Part shown: positions 34,478-48,478 of the stretch, piece by piece
How the letters are laid out: every line of letters starts with the position of its first letter
Position numbering within the stretch: position 1 is the stretch's first letter
Origin: Pristiophorus japonicus
Taxonomy: Eukaryota
Length of the DNA: 64,000 nucleotides
Assembly: GCF_044704955.1 (NCBI RefSeq)
Contig: NC_091985.1
Location: forward strand, 204,290,001 to 204,354,000
Direction: 5' to 3'
Made by a program: the position numbers and the translations under genes
Notes under the pieces: generated by a model
What the model was told of the DNA's origin: nothing
Seen by the model: only the letters and a program-made list of their open reading frames with translations
Database searches by the model: none

Positions 34478-34985
34478 GCATAAGAAATAGGTACAGGAGT
34501 AGGCTAAACAGCCCCTCGAGCCTGCCGCGCCATTCAACAAGATCATGGCTGATCTTCTACGTCAACTCCACTTTCCCGCACTATCCCCATATCCCTGGAT
34601 TTCTTTGCTGTCCAAACATCTATCGATCTCAGCCCTGAATACACTCAATGACTGAGCATCCACAGCTCTTTGGGGCAGAGAATTCCAAAGATTCACAACG
34701 CTTTGAGTGAAGACATTTCTCCACATCTCAGTCCTAAATGGCCGTCCGTTATCCTGAGACTATGACCCCTAGTTCTAGACTCTCCAGACAAGAGAAACAG
34801 CCAATCAGCATTTGTGTGAGGAAGTGCTTCCTGACATTAGTCCTGAATGGCCGAGCTCTGATTTGAAGGTTGTGTCCCCTTGTTGTGGACTCCCTCACCA
34901 GAGGAAATAGTTTCTCTCCATCCACCCCATCAACTCCTTTAATCATCTTAAACACCTCAATTACATCACCCCTTAATCTTCTATA
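34478..34985 (-). mobile_element. Two adjacent CR1 3' fragments
   Basis: CATAAGAAATAGG tail; RLRGDVIEVFKM, TRGHNL. Confidence 0.8.
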
Positions 34986-35024
34986 TTTCTCATAATTTAC
35001 AAACTTCATCACTGTCAGTACAGG

Positions 35025-35730
35025 ATCATAGAATCACAGAAGTTTACAGCATTGAAGGAGGCCATTCAGCCCATCGTGTCCATGCCAGCCAACAAAGAGC
35101 TATCCAGCCTAATCCCACTTTTCAGCTCTTGGTCCATGGCCTTGTAGGTCTCAACAATTCAAATGCATAATCCAAGTTCATTTTAAATGCTGCAAGGGTT
35201 TCTGTCTCTACTATCCTTTCAGGCAGTGGTTTCCAGACCCCCACCACCCTCTGGGTGAAGAGATTTCCCCTCTAAACATCCTACCACTTTAAATCTACGC
35301 CCCCTGGTTGTTGACCCTCTGCTAAGGGAAATAGGTCCTTCCTATCCACTCTATCTCGGCCCCTCATAATTTTATACACCTCAATTAGGTCTCCCCTCAG
35401 CCTCCTCTGTTACAAAGAAAAAAACCCCCAGCCTATCCAATCTTTCCTCATAACTAAAATTCTCCAGTCCAGATAACATCCTCCTAAATCTCCTCTGTAC
35501 CCTCTCTAGTGCAATGACATCTTTCCTGAAATGTGGTAACCAGAACTGCACACAGTACTCTAGCTGTGGCCTAACTAGTGTTTTATACAGTTCAAGCATA
35601 ACCTCGCTGCTCTTGTATTCTGCGCCTCGGATAATAAAGGCAAGTATTCTGTATGCCTTCTTAACCATCTTATCTACCTGTCCTGCTACCTTCAGGGATC
35701 TGTGAACATGCCTTCCAAGGCCCTCCGTTC
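35025..35730 (-). mobile_element. CR1 3' fragment
   Basis: [17 protein letters not shown]; ATCATAGAATCA tail. Confidence 0.88.
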
Positions 35731-36459
35731 CTTGACACGTCCGTGCAAGCACATACACCAAATGTTTGAACCTGCGGTTCCTCTTGTACTGAGCAGGATT
35801 ACTATTGCAACAACACTACTATTTTCTAATTTATTTTTAAAATAAGGAAGATATCCCTAAAAATAGATGAGTGAAAGTTCTTGTTGAATTTTCCTCATGA
35901 GTGTCACTTAGTGGGATCAAGTTTTGGCCTGAGTTGCTCCTATTTTCTTGGAGCAACTAGTTTAGAATGGAGTATCTTAGAAATTGCAATTCTCGTCATT
36001 TAGTTTGCTCCAGTTCTAGTGAGTTAGAACAGTTTCATTTTAGAACAGATTTTTTTTCAAAAGAGAGCGTGTCTGGCCACTTACGCCCGTTTTGCAAGTT
36101 TAGGCAGCGAAAACTTACTCCAAACTAACTTAGAATGGAGTAAGTGTAGATTTTTGCACGCTCAGAAAAACACTTGGAAATCAGGCGTAAGGTACTGAAG
36201 GTACTGACTCTGGCTGGGTTCAGTTCTACACTCACTGGTTCTCCTCGCCTGAAGGTGCTGACTCTGGCCGAATTGAGTTCTAAACTCACTTGTTCCCTTC
36301 CCTTTCCCTCCCCTGATGGTGCTGACTCTGGCTGGGTTTAATTCTACAATCACTGGTTTCCTCTCCCTCTCTGAAGTGCTGGCTATCTTAGATCTGGTCC
36401 TGTGTAATGAGATAGGATTAATAAACAATCTCCTAGTGAAGGATCCCCTTGAAATGAGT

Positions 36460-37435
36460 GATCGGTACCTCTCTGTTTCTGGTATCAGAGTGTGTGTTTT
36501 ATTCTGTACCTGTCAGTTTTTGTGAAGTGAGTGAGAGATTTATTCTGTACCTGTCAATCTCTGCTATGTGTGAGTTGGGATTTATTGTGTACCCGTCAAG
36601 TTTTGATATGCGAGTATGGGTTTTATTCTGTACCTGCCAGTTTCTGGTATGTGAGTGTGGGTTTTATTCTGTACCTGTCAGTTTCTGGTATCTGAGTGTG
36701 TACTTTAACCTATATCATCAGCTTCTGGAAGGTAAGTGTGGATATTGACCAGTATCTGTCAGTTTTTCGGATTGGAATATGGATTTTATTCTGTACCTAT
36801 CAGATTCCGGTATGGGAGTATGGGGTTGAATCGGTACCTGTCAGTTTCTGATATGTGACTGTGGTTTTAATCTGTACCGGTCACTTTCTGGTATCCAAGT
36901 GTGGATTGCATTCTGTACCTGACAGTTTCTGGAATCTGGGTGTTGATTATATTCTGTACCTGTCAGTTTTTGCTTTGTGAATGTGGATTTTATTCTGTTC
37001 TGGTCAGTTACTGCTGTGTGAGTGTAGGAATTAATATATACCTCCAGTTTCTGGTATGTGATTGTGTTTTTTTTCTGCACCTGTCAGTTTGTGGTAGATG
37101 TGTAGGGTGTCAGTTTCTGGTATTCAAATGTGGATTTTTATCTTTATATGTCAGTTTGTGCAATGTGAATGTGGGATTCATTTTGTATCTCTCATTCTGG
37201 GGTAAGTGAGCGTGTGTTTCCTCTGTACCTGTTAGTTTCTGGTATGAGAGTGTGGGTTTTATTCTGTATCTCTCATTCTGGGGTAAGTGAGCGTGTGTTT
37301 CCTCTGTACCTGTCAGTTTCCGGTATGTGAGTGTGGGTTTTATTCTGAACCTGTCATTTTCTAGTATCTGAGTGGGATTTATTCTGTATCTGTCAGCTTC
37401 TGGTATGTTAGTGTGTTTTATCCTATATCTGTGAA
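36460..37435. repeat. Degenerate ~39-bp satellite
   Basis: Consensus approximately TCTGTACCTGTCAGTTTCTGGTATGTGAGTGTGGGTTTTAT. Confidence 0.9.
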
Positions 37436-37944
37436 TTTTTTTTCCTCATTATATTGGATGAATGCGATTCAGAAATATTTCGAGTAGAGACGAGCTATTA
37501 TGCGTCAGTGGTACAGTGAGTGAGTGTGGGATTCACTCTGTATCTGACAGTCAGGGGTACAGTGAGTGAGTGTGAGATTCATGCTGTATCTGTCATAAAT
37601 GCAAATGTTTGTTGTTGTTGTAGAAATGAAATTTTTCAGTTACTTACGGTGGTTAACATTTACGCAGAAGAAAATGTCAGAAGCAGCCTCGTGGATAACC
37701 GTGAGGAAAGTGCTGTTACTGGTGAGATCACGATTTGCTCGATGCAAACTTGGCTAATAACTCTAGAGGTGATGGAAAAGAAAGCAACATTTTGTGACGT
37801 TTGAGCGAGATGAGAAAACATAATCAGCGCGAGGAGCCCGATCAGAGAGCTGGCGGGCAAGAAGCATTGAGCTCCTGTTTACTGCCCGATGCTATTTCCA
37901 AAACAGCAGGGAAGAACGGTCCCTGGATCTGGGAACTTGCGGAG

Positions 37945-39730
37945 GCCTTACAGCACATGGATCCAGGAGGCCATTCAGTCCCTCGAGCCTGTTACATAAG
38001 GAACAGGGGGAGGCCATTCAGTCCCTCGAGCCTGTTACATAAGGTACAGGAGGAGGCCATTCAGGCCCTCGAGCCTGATACATAAGGAACAGGAGGAGGC
38101 CATTCAGTCCCACAAGTCTGTTACATAAGGAACAGGGGGAGGCTATTCAGTCCCTCGAGCCTGTTACAGTGGAACAGGAGGAGGCCATGCAGTTCCTAGA
38201 GTCTGTTAAATTAGAATTGGAGGAGGCCATTCAGTCCCTCGACGTGTTACATAAGGAACAGGGGGAGGCCATTCAGTCCCTCGAATCTGTTACATAGGAA
38301 CAGGAGGAGGCCATTCAGCCCACCGAGAATGTTATAGGAACTGGAAGAGGCCAATAAGCCAGTTGCACATGTTATAATGCAATTGGAGGAGGCCACTCAT
38401 CCCATCTAACTTATTACACAGGAACAGAAAGTGGCTGTTCAGCACCGAATGTTGTTAGACAGGAACAGGATGAGGCTATTCTTCCCCTCGAGCCTGTTTC
38501 ATTGGATCAGGAGAATGCCATTCAGCCCTTCCATTCTGTTATGTGGGAAGAAGTGGAGACCATTCAGCCTCTCTAACATTAGAAACATGAGCAGACCACT
38601 CAGCCTTTGATTCTGTGACATGGGAACAGCAGGATGTTTTTCATCCCCTCGAGCTTCTTACATTAGGAACAGGAGAAGACCACTCAGTCCCTCGGGTCTG
38701 TTACATAGGAACAGGAGTAGGCCAATTCCACCCCTCGGAACTGTTAACCAGGAACAGGAGGTGACCATTCATCCCCTCGAGCCTGTTAGAGGAATTGGAG
38801 GAGGCCATTCAGCCCCTCCTGCATGTTATATGGGAACTGGGGGAGGACATTCAGCCACTCGAGCATGTGGTATAGGAACAGGGGGAAGACATTCAGCCCC
38901 CAAGCATGTTTAATTAGGATCATGAGCAGGCCATTCAGCCCTTTGACCCTGTGACATGGGAGCAGGAGAAGGCCATAGAACCCGTCAAGAATGTTATATA
39001 GGAAGAGGAGGAGGCCATTCAGCTCCTCGAGCCTATTACATTAGGAACTGGAGAGGGCTTTTCAGTTCCTCGAGCCTATTACATTAGGAACCGGAGGAGG
39101 CCATTCAGCTCCTCGAGCCTATTACATTAGGAACTGGAGAGGGCTTTTCAGCTCCTCGAGCCTATTACATTAGGAACTGGAGGAGGCCATTCAGCTCCTC
39201 AAGCCTATTACATTAGGAACTGGAGAAGGCCATTCAGCTCCTTGAGCCGATTACATTAGGAACTGGAGAAGGCCATTCAGCAACTGGAGTTAAAAAGCAA
39301 TAGGACAACACAATTCTGCCCCTCGGGTCTGTTACATTAGGAATAGGACAAGGGCAATCATCCCCATGGGATTGTTTCATGGGAACAGGAGGAAGGCATT
39401 CAGCCCCTCGAGCTTGTTCCATCGGGACTGGAGGAGGCTATTCAGCCCCTGGAACCTGTTACACAGGAATAGAAGTGGCTATTCATAAGAACTAAAGGAG
39501 GCTATTCAACCTATTCTAACCTGATACACAGGTACAGGGGAAGGTCATTCTGCCCCGAGAGCTTGTTACATATTAACAGGAGGAAGCCATTAAGCCCCTC
39601 GTGTTTATTACATTAGGAACAGGAGAAGGCCACTCAGTATCTCCAGTCTGTTAATTTAGGAACAGGAGGTGGCCATCAGCCCCCTCGGGCCTGTTACACA
39701 GGAATAGGAGGAGGCCATTCAGCACCACAA
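37945..39730. repeat. ~39-40-bp minisatellite derived from the CR1 3' tail
   Basis: Unit AGGAACAGGAGGAGGCCATTCAGCCCCTCGAGCCTGTTACAT resembles the CR1 tail AGGAGTAGGCCATTCGGCCCTTCGAGCCTG. Confidence 0.9.
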
Positions 39731-41011
39731 ACATGTTTAATTTGGATAACCTGTCTATGTACCCGCACACTGTGATCGGTACCGAACCTACTGTGTGTGA
39801 GAAGGAGCTGGTTGCACTGTTCCTTATGTCTCAGGTGGAGGAAACTTCACATTTGTTCCAGTTCCTTCAATTCCTTGCCTGCAGGAGGATAAGGTATCTC
39901 TGATCATTCAAGAACAGGAGAGGTAGAAAAGACTAAAGTGATGAATGTAATCGTTCAATTAATATTCATTATGAACATTCACAAAGGGAAGCCAGCGATA
40001 CAAACAGTGTCAGTGTCTGACTCCTCTGCAGCACTGAGCTTCTGCACACCAAGTGTGTTGGGCAGATTTACAGCAATTTACTGACATCCAGATACAACCC
40101 AACCCCTGCCCTGCTTCAGGAATGGGACTACCCGATGGGGCACGGACTTTTACACAGCTCAGATTGCTACTCCCCTCTCCCAGGGCACTAACCGTTCAAC
40201 CAAAAACAAAGAGCCACTGTTTAAAACATGTCCTTCACATTTCTCACCCGGTGCCTGCAATAGATGCTCCTTGTATAAATCCTCAGTGTCCGGCTCTGCT
40301 TCCACTGCTCGCTGTCCAATGACAACAAACACGATGAGACTGGAACTAAAGCAGGAACGTTCACTACTGATTTGCAGGGAGAAAGCAGGAATGATTGTCA
40401 ACAGCAGATCCTTCCCATTCTGTCTCCCTTACCCGGGACACACGCTGTCCACACACAGCCCGAGAATGGCCTCTCCCTTCCCCCACTCACTCCACGCACT
40501 GAGACCAGTTCTTGCTCCACTCCGCCTGTTACACACAGACTCCGACTCCCCCTGAATTTCCCCCGGACTCAGTGCCGATCTCTGAGCCCATCTGCGGACA
40601 CGCTCCTAAAGCGATGTGCTGCTGTAAGGAGGCTGCAGCTCGCTGCCTTACCCCGGGGCCGCGGTGACTCAATTCCCGGTTGTTTAAACCACCTTCTTCC
40701 GCTCACTGAGCGAATGGCGCTCACAGGCAGGGCTGGGGGAGGGGAGGGCGTATGCGCTCTTCTGCTCACTGGCAATCGACCCAAGGGGCGGGGCTTATCC
40801 GCGCACGCGCAGCTCGCTGCAATAATTCAGCCTTTAAAAATCAAAGTGAACTTTTCCAAATTTACTTTTATCAGAATCTGAGCAAAGGAACTGGGCCTGG
40901 GGGGGCAAGGACAGAGAATGTTTAAAGCTGGGAACCTTGCCCCTTTGAGATGCTCAATTTGGGATCATTCCGTGCAGGGTGTTTTTCTCTTCGTGAGCCC
41001 GTCTTCACAAA

Positions 41012-42940
41012 ACATAGAAACATAGAAACATAGAAAATAGGTGCAGGAGTAGGCCATTCGGCCCTTCTAGCCTGCACCGCCATTCAATGAGTTCATGGCT
41101 GAACATTCAACTTCAGTACCCCATTCCTGCTTTCTCGCCATACCCCTTGATCCCCCTAGCAGTAAGGACCTCATCTAACTCCTTTTTGAATATATTTAGT
41201 GAATTGGCCTCAACAACTTTCTGTGGTAGAGAATTCCACAGGTTCACCACTCTCTGGGTGAAGAAGTTCCTCCGCATCTCGGTCCTAAATGGCTTACCCC
41301 TTATCCTTAGACTGTGACCCCTGGTTCTGGACTTCCCCAACATTGGGAACATTCTTCCTGCATCTAACCTGTCTAACCCCGTCAGAATTTTATATGTTTC
41401 TATGAGGTCCCCTCTCATTCTTCTGAACTCCAGTGAATACAAGCCCAGTTGATCCAGTCTTTCTTGATAGGTCAGTCCCGCCATCCCGGGAATCAGTCTG
41501 GTGAACCTTCGCTGCACTCCCTCAATAGCAAGAATGTCCTTCCTCAGGTTAGGAGACCAAAACTGTACACAATACTCCAGGTGTGGCCTCACCAATGCCC
41601 TGTACAACTGTAGCAACACCTCCCTGCCCCTGTACTCAAATCCCCTTGCTATGAAGGCCAACATGCCATTTGCTTTCTTAACCGCCTGCTGCACCTGCAT
41701 GCCAACCTTCAATGACTGATGTACCATGACACCCAGGTCTCTTTGCACCTCCCCTTTTCCTAATCTGTCACCATTCAGATAATAGTCTGTCTCTCTGTTT
41801 TTACCACCAAAGTGGATAACCTCACATTTATCCACATTATACTTCATCTGCCATGCATTTTCCCACTCACCTAACCTATCCAAGTCGCTCTGCAGCCTCA
41901 CAGCATCCTCCTCGCAGCTCATACTGCCACCCAACTTAGTGTCATCCGCAAATTTGGAGATACTACATTTAATCCCCTCATCTAAATCATTAATGTACAG
42001 TGTAAACAGCTGGGGCCCCAGCACAGAACCTTGCGGTACCCCACTAGTCACTGCCTGCCATTCTGAAAAGTACCCATTTACTCCTACTCTTTGCTTCCTG
42101 TCTGACAACCAGTTCTCAATCCATGTCAGTACACTACCCCCAATCCCATGTGCTCTAACTTTGCACATCAATCTCTTGTGTGGGACCTTGTCGAACGCCT
42201 TCTGAAAGTCCAAATATACCACATCAACTGGTTCTCCCTTATCCACTCTACTGGAAACATCCTCAAAAAATTCCAGAAGATTTGTCAAGCATGATTTCCC
42301 TTTCACAAATCCATGCTGACTTGGACCTATCATGTCACCTCTTTCCAAATGCACTGCTATGACATCCTTAATAATTGATTCCATCATTTTACCCACTACC
42401 GATGTCAGGCTGACCGGTCTATAATTCCCTGTTTTCTCTCTCCCTCCTTTTTTAAAAAGTGGGGTTACATTGGCTACCCTCCACTCCATAGGAACTGATC
42501 CAGAGTCAATGGAATGTTGGAAAATGACTGTCAACGCATCCACTATTTCCAAGGCCACCTCCTTAAGTACTCTGGGATGCAGTCCATCAGGCCCTGGGGA
42601 TTTATCGGCCTTCAATCCCATCAATTTCCCCAACACAATTTCCCGGCTAATAAGGATTTCCCTCAGTTCCTCCTCCTTACTAGACCCCCCGACCCCTTTT
42701 ATAACCGGAAGGTTGTTCGTGTCCTCCTTCGTGAATACCGAACCAAAGTACTTGTTCAATTGGTCCGCCATTTCTTTGTTCCCCGTTATGACTTCCCCTG
42801 ATTCTGACTGCAGGGGACCTACATTTGTCTTTACTAACCTTTTTCTCTTTACATATCTATAGAAACTTTTGCAATCCGTCTTAATGTTCCCTGCAAGCTT
42901 CTTCTCATACTCCATTTTCCCTGCCCTAATCAAACCCTTT
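41012..42940 (-). mobile_element. Young 5'-truncated CR1/HER1 LINE with an uninterrupted 606-aa RT frame (41113-42933)
   Basis: PGPDG, YLDFQKAFDKVPH, GVPQGSVLGP, FADD; (TTTCTATG)n tail. Confidence 0.96.
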
Positions 42941-43449
42941 GAAACATCGGAGGGACGGCGGAGTAGGAGTGTTTGCTGGGACTGTGCAGGAGTTAATATC
43001 TGACAGAAACTGTCCCAGTTTAGTTGAATCAGAGTGAAACACTCGGTTACTGAGAGTAATACCGAACGGCCCTGAGCTGCAAGATTACAGGGAGTACAAC
43101 AGGCAAGCGAGGGTTAAATGTGGGACCTTGTTTCTCTCACTCTCTGACACTGTCCCGCAGTGTGGGATTAATAATGTGTCTGTATGTGGTACAATATCAG
43201 TGAGAGAGGGGACTGTATCTTCTGTCTCCCCAATGGGAACTTTCAGGATAAAACCGGACCTCACAGATCAATTGGGACAGATACCGTGTAAGTCTTTCTG
43301 TGTCTCACCGTCCTGCCTCGATCTCTCCGATCTCTCACTTAGCACTCTCCCCCATCTCTGACTCTGTTACAATCCTTTTCTCTTGTACTGTCTGTGAAGG
43401 GGGGATACTGTTATTTCGCGTGATGTGGAAACACTTGTGAGTACAACAC

Positions 43450-44062
43450 TATAGGAGCAGGGAGGTCTTACTGCAGTTGTACAGGGCCTTGGTGAGGTCA
43501 CACCTTGAATATTGTGTACAGTTTTGGTCTCCTAATCTGAGGAAGGACATTCTTGCTATTGAGGGAGTGCAGCGAAGGTTCACCAGATTGATTCCAGGAT
43601 GGCAGGACTGTCATATGAAGAAAGACTGGATAGACTAGGTTTATATTCACTGGAATTTAGAAGAATGAGAGGGGATCTCATAGAAACATATAACATTCTG
43701 ACGGGATTGCACAGGTTAGATGCAGGAAGAATGTTCCCAATGGTGGGGATGTCCAGAACCGGGGGTCACGGTTTAAGAATAAGGGGTAAGCCATTTAGGA
43801 CCGAGATGAGAAGAAACTTCTTCACTCAGAGAATTGTGAGCCTGTGGAATTTTCTACCACAGAAAGTTGTTGAGGCCAGTTCGTTAGATATATTCAAAAG
43901 GGAGTTAGATATGGCCCTTACGGTGAAAGGGATCAAGGGGTATGGAGAGAAAGCAGGAATGGGGTACTGAAGTTGCATGATCAGCCATGATCATATTGAA
44001 TGGTGGTGCAAACTTGAAGGGCCGAATGGCCTACTCCTGCACCTATTTTCTATGTTTCTATG
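43450..44062 (+). mobile_element. CR1 3' fragment
   Basis: Close to the reverse complement of 41020-41640; TTTCTATG tail. Confidence 0.93.
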
Positions 44063-45221
44063 ATACTGTTTCTGTTTCTCTCTCTGGTGCTATACATGAC
44101 GGTGTGGCACTGTTACTGAGCGTAATATGGAAACACTGATACCAAGTGTAAGACTGATAATGTGTCTGTCTCTTTCTCTCTCTTTCGGTGGTGCTATACA
44201 TGAATGTGTGATACTATTATTGAGAGTAATATTGAGACACAGTTAGGGAGTTTAAGACTGATTCTGTGTCTGTCTCTCTGTCGCTCCCTCTGATAGCCAT
44301 CTCTGGGTGGTGAGTATGGGATGGATAGGATACCAGTTACTGTTATATGTCCCTCATTTTCGGAGGAGAGAGAGAGAGAGAGACAAAGAGAGGGTGGAGG
44401 GGCGGTGAACTCATAATTTCTATTTTCACGTTAATCAAACATATTTCTGCGTGCGAACAATGTAATAACTTAACAGCATATATGGGTTAAGCCAGCCTCT
44501 GCTGTGATTGGCTCCTGCCCCTGAATCTGGGGAACAGACACTCTGAGGAACGCCGGCCTCAGAGTGTTTAACACTTACTGAGCTAGGAAACTACAACTAA
44601 CCCCGAGAATCGGCAGCACAGGCCGAGCGGAGAGGTAACCCTGTGCTGGGAGCTGTAAATCTGGGACAGTTTGTGCTGTGAATGTGCAGATGTGAACATT
44701 GTGTGAGCGAGAGTGTGTTAAAGGGGCGGGCCGGTGAGACGAATGTCACTTTGTTTGTGTCATCGCCGGATTCCAGAGTCCCGCTTGTGTAAAATTCAAA
44801 GATTTTCCTGTCACAGGATCGCCCTGCTGCCCTGCTCAGGTCTAAAGTGGGAATTAAACGTCAAGTTTGATGTGATTTCAAATTTCAATCGAAAAACAGA
44901 GAAAATGTCCGCGATCGGGTGAGAGAGCGCGATCAGTGCAGCAATGCTGCCATTAATTCGGAGGAAGCTTTCTCGACAACAAACATCCCGGTCTTCGGGA
45001 CAGAAAGAGGCCAGTCTGGGAATCTGGAGGGCCCGGGTTGAATTGGAATCGGACAGTTAATGAGGAGAGAGAAACACAGAGAGGCTGGAGGGGCGGGGAG
45101 CTGACAGCAGGATGTCTCGCCCCGTCCGCTCGCTGCCTTTAAGTTGCTCTGTGCCGCCGCCTCCCGTTTCATTTCTGACCGAGCTCTGACTGTCAGAGAG
45201 ATTTTCCACAGAGTCGCCGAC

Positions 45222-45920
45222 ATGACTGACACTTCAGCCGCCGAAACAGCTCCTTCTGCCGCCGCCGCTCAAGCCAAGGCCCCCCGCAAGAAGAAGAAGG
45301 CAGCTCCCCGCTCCAAGCCAGCCGGCCCCACGTTGGGCGAACAGATCCTCAAGGTTGTGACCGATGGCAGCGATCGCAAGGGGATGTCTCTGGCCGCGAT
45401 AAAGAAGGCTCTGGCGGCCAAAGGCGTGGATGTGGAGAAGCGCGGGTCCCAGATCAGGTTCAGTATCAAGAGGAATGTGACAAATGGCTTCCTGGTGCAG
45501 ACCAAGGGCACGGGCGCCTCGGGCTCCTTCAAAGTCGCTAAGAAGGAAAACCAGGGGAAAGTGGGAAGGAAGGTGAATAAACCAGCAGCCAAGAACTCTC
45601 CAGCCAAGAAACCAGCAGCCAAGAAATCTCCAGCCAAGAAACCAGCAGCCAAGAAATCTCCGGCCAAGAAACCAGCAGCCAAGAAATCTCCGGCCAAGAA
45701 ACCAGCAGCCAAGAAATCTCCGGCCAAGAAAACGAGCACCAAGAAGGCGCTAACAGTAAAAAAGTCAGCGAAAGCGGCGGCTGGGAAGAAGGCGGCAGCG
45801 GCGAAGCCCAAGAGCCCCAAGAAGGCCTCGGGCGCAAAGGTGAAGGCGGCCAAAAAGGTGGGAAAACCGAGGGCCAAGGCCAAATCAACAAAACCCAAGA
45901 AACCAGCGCTCAAAAAGTAA
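45222..45920 (+). CDS. H1: Histone H1 (replication-dependent type)
   Basis: Globular domain ...SLAAIKKAL...[14 protein letters not shown] and Lys/Ala/Pro tail; H1-box AAACACA (~45072) and GC box upstream; 3' stem-loop. Confidence 0.95.
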   Translation: MTDTSAAETAPSAAAAQAKAPRKKKKAAPRSKPAGPTLGEQILKVVTDGSDRKGMSLAAIKKALAAKGVDVEKRGSQIRFSIKRNVTNGFLVQTKGTGASGSFKVAKKENQGKVGRKVNKPAAKNSPAKKPAAKKSPAKKPAAKKSPAKKPAAKKSPAKKPAAKKSPAKKTSTKKALTVKKSAKAAAGKKAAAAKPKSPKKASGAKVKAAKKVGKPRAKAKSTKPKKPALKK

Positions 45921-45955
45921 ATAAAAAGTGCAACTTGTAAACATCTGAACCCAAA

Positions 45956-45971
45956 GGCTCTTCTCAGAGCC
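45956..45971 (+). terminator. Histone 3' stem-loop (H1)
   Basis: GGCTCTTCTCAGAGCC followed by ACCCA and a purine-rich AAAAGAG element. Confidence 0.95.
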
Positions 45972-46720
45972 ACCCACGCCTCTCAGAAAAGAGTTGATCC
46001 CCGAATCAAATGATCCCTGTCCCGGGGCCGGGCTCAGATTTCAGACAGAAATCATTGAACATGAAGCCAGGATCCCTGGTGACTCGCTGACATTGGCTGC
46101 ACCCACCCCTCCCCCAGTGTCTGCAATAAAACACACAGAGAATGGGATGTCCGGCCCGGGCCTCACTGTAACTGGGGATGTGTTCAGCTCCAGTCTCAGT
46201 TCCTGGTCATTGTCATTTCACAGATTCAGGGGGAGAGTCTGTGAGACGGTGACACTGGCGGAGATACCCCGCCTCACAACTCAAACCCCAAACACCACAT
46301 TCTCCAAATCAGCTGGAATAAGGTGTTTGAAAACTGCTGAACCCGTCTGTGAGAGGAAGTGTGGGGAGATGGAACAAGGTCTGAGATTGACAGGGAAGGG
46401 GCTGTATATAGGCGGGAATATTCGCGATTGTTAATTGTAGCGGGACTTTATTTAAAAGCTTCAGGTTCCTGGAAGCTTTGAATATAAATTCCGAGTCTGT
46501 TTCGGTTCTATTGTCGGAAAACGGTTTGAAATTAGCGGCTGCAGAAAGCTGGAGCGGAGCTGGAAGATCAGAGGCCGCTCTCTGCTCTGTCTGTCAATCT
46601 TGACTATGTCTCCTCCCCTTCCCGCCTCTCTCACTCTGCGCTTTCTCAGTCAGGTCGGCTCCGGCTCTATAAAAAGGAGCCGGCAGCCGTTCACTTCTCA
46701 TTCAGCGGCAGTTTAAGTGA

Positions 46721-47044
<324 letters not shown>

Positions 47045-47890
47045 ATAACTCGACCCTTTTCCCCCAAACACAACACAAAGGCTCTTCTAAGAGCCACCCA
47101 CCGGCACACAGAGAGAGCAGCGACCTGGGGATCGGAGCGCGGACAGTTTGGTTGGGAAATGGTTTCGGCTGTTTAATTAATGGAAAGAAAGGTTTGGATT
47201 TATATTGCGCCTTTCACGACCACCGAACGTCTCAAGACAGAAAAATAGAAAATAGGTGCAGGAGTAGGCCATTCGGCCCTTCGAGCCTGCACCGCCATTC
47301 AACAAGATCACAGCTGATCACCTCCCCACGCCCCCTCCACACTCCCCAACCCCCGCCCCCCCCCCCCTCAGCCGCAAGGACCACATCCAATGAACAAGAC
47401 CAATGAAGTACTTTTGGAGTGTAGTCTCTAGGAATATGGGAATTATTAAATATTTTACAACTATTGTAAATATGAGAGATCAGAAACTCCGGCTGACAGT
47501 CACAATTACCGGGCAGGATACACAGTCCTCTTTACACATTACAGTCTCCCCTCACAGATAATTCCTGTCATGTGAGGTTTCTGTGTGAGAATCGGTTAAG
47601 TGGGACGGCACTGGCGGGATCGATGCGGGACTTTATGTTTACAGGAAGCAGTGACCGCGGATTTATTCCCGCCCGGTACAGACGGATCAGGGAATGGAAC
47701 ATAATTCAAACCGGAATGTGACAGAATGGGATTGGTGACTTATAATGGGGCACAATCGCCGTTATAAAGAGCGGGATTCTTAAATTGCTGGCGGGAAATT
47801 AGATTTTATTTAATCTCTGTTGGTTGATATTCTGAAATTGGCGGGCTTTTTGAAAATTGACCAAATGTCAGTTTCAGTTCAGCCAATTAG

Positions 47891-48478
<588 letters not shown>

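Noticed and set aside
45144-45221. N-terminal extensions of H1, H3, H2A and H2B in the ORF track
   Set aside because: They start at TTG/GTG codons upstream of the canonical ATGs
45269-45973. 234-aa ORF antisense to H1, and similar antisense ORFs over H4/H3/H2A
   Set aside because: Mirror frames caused by histone codon bias
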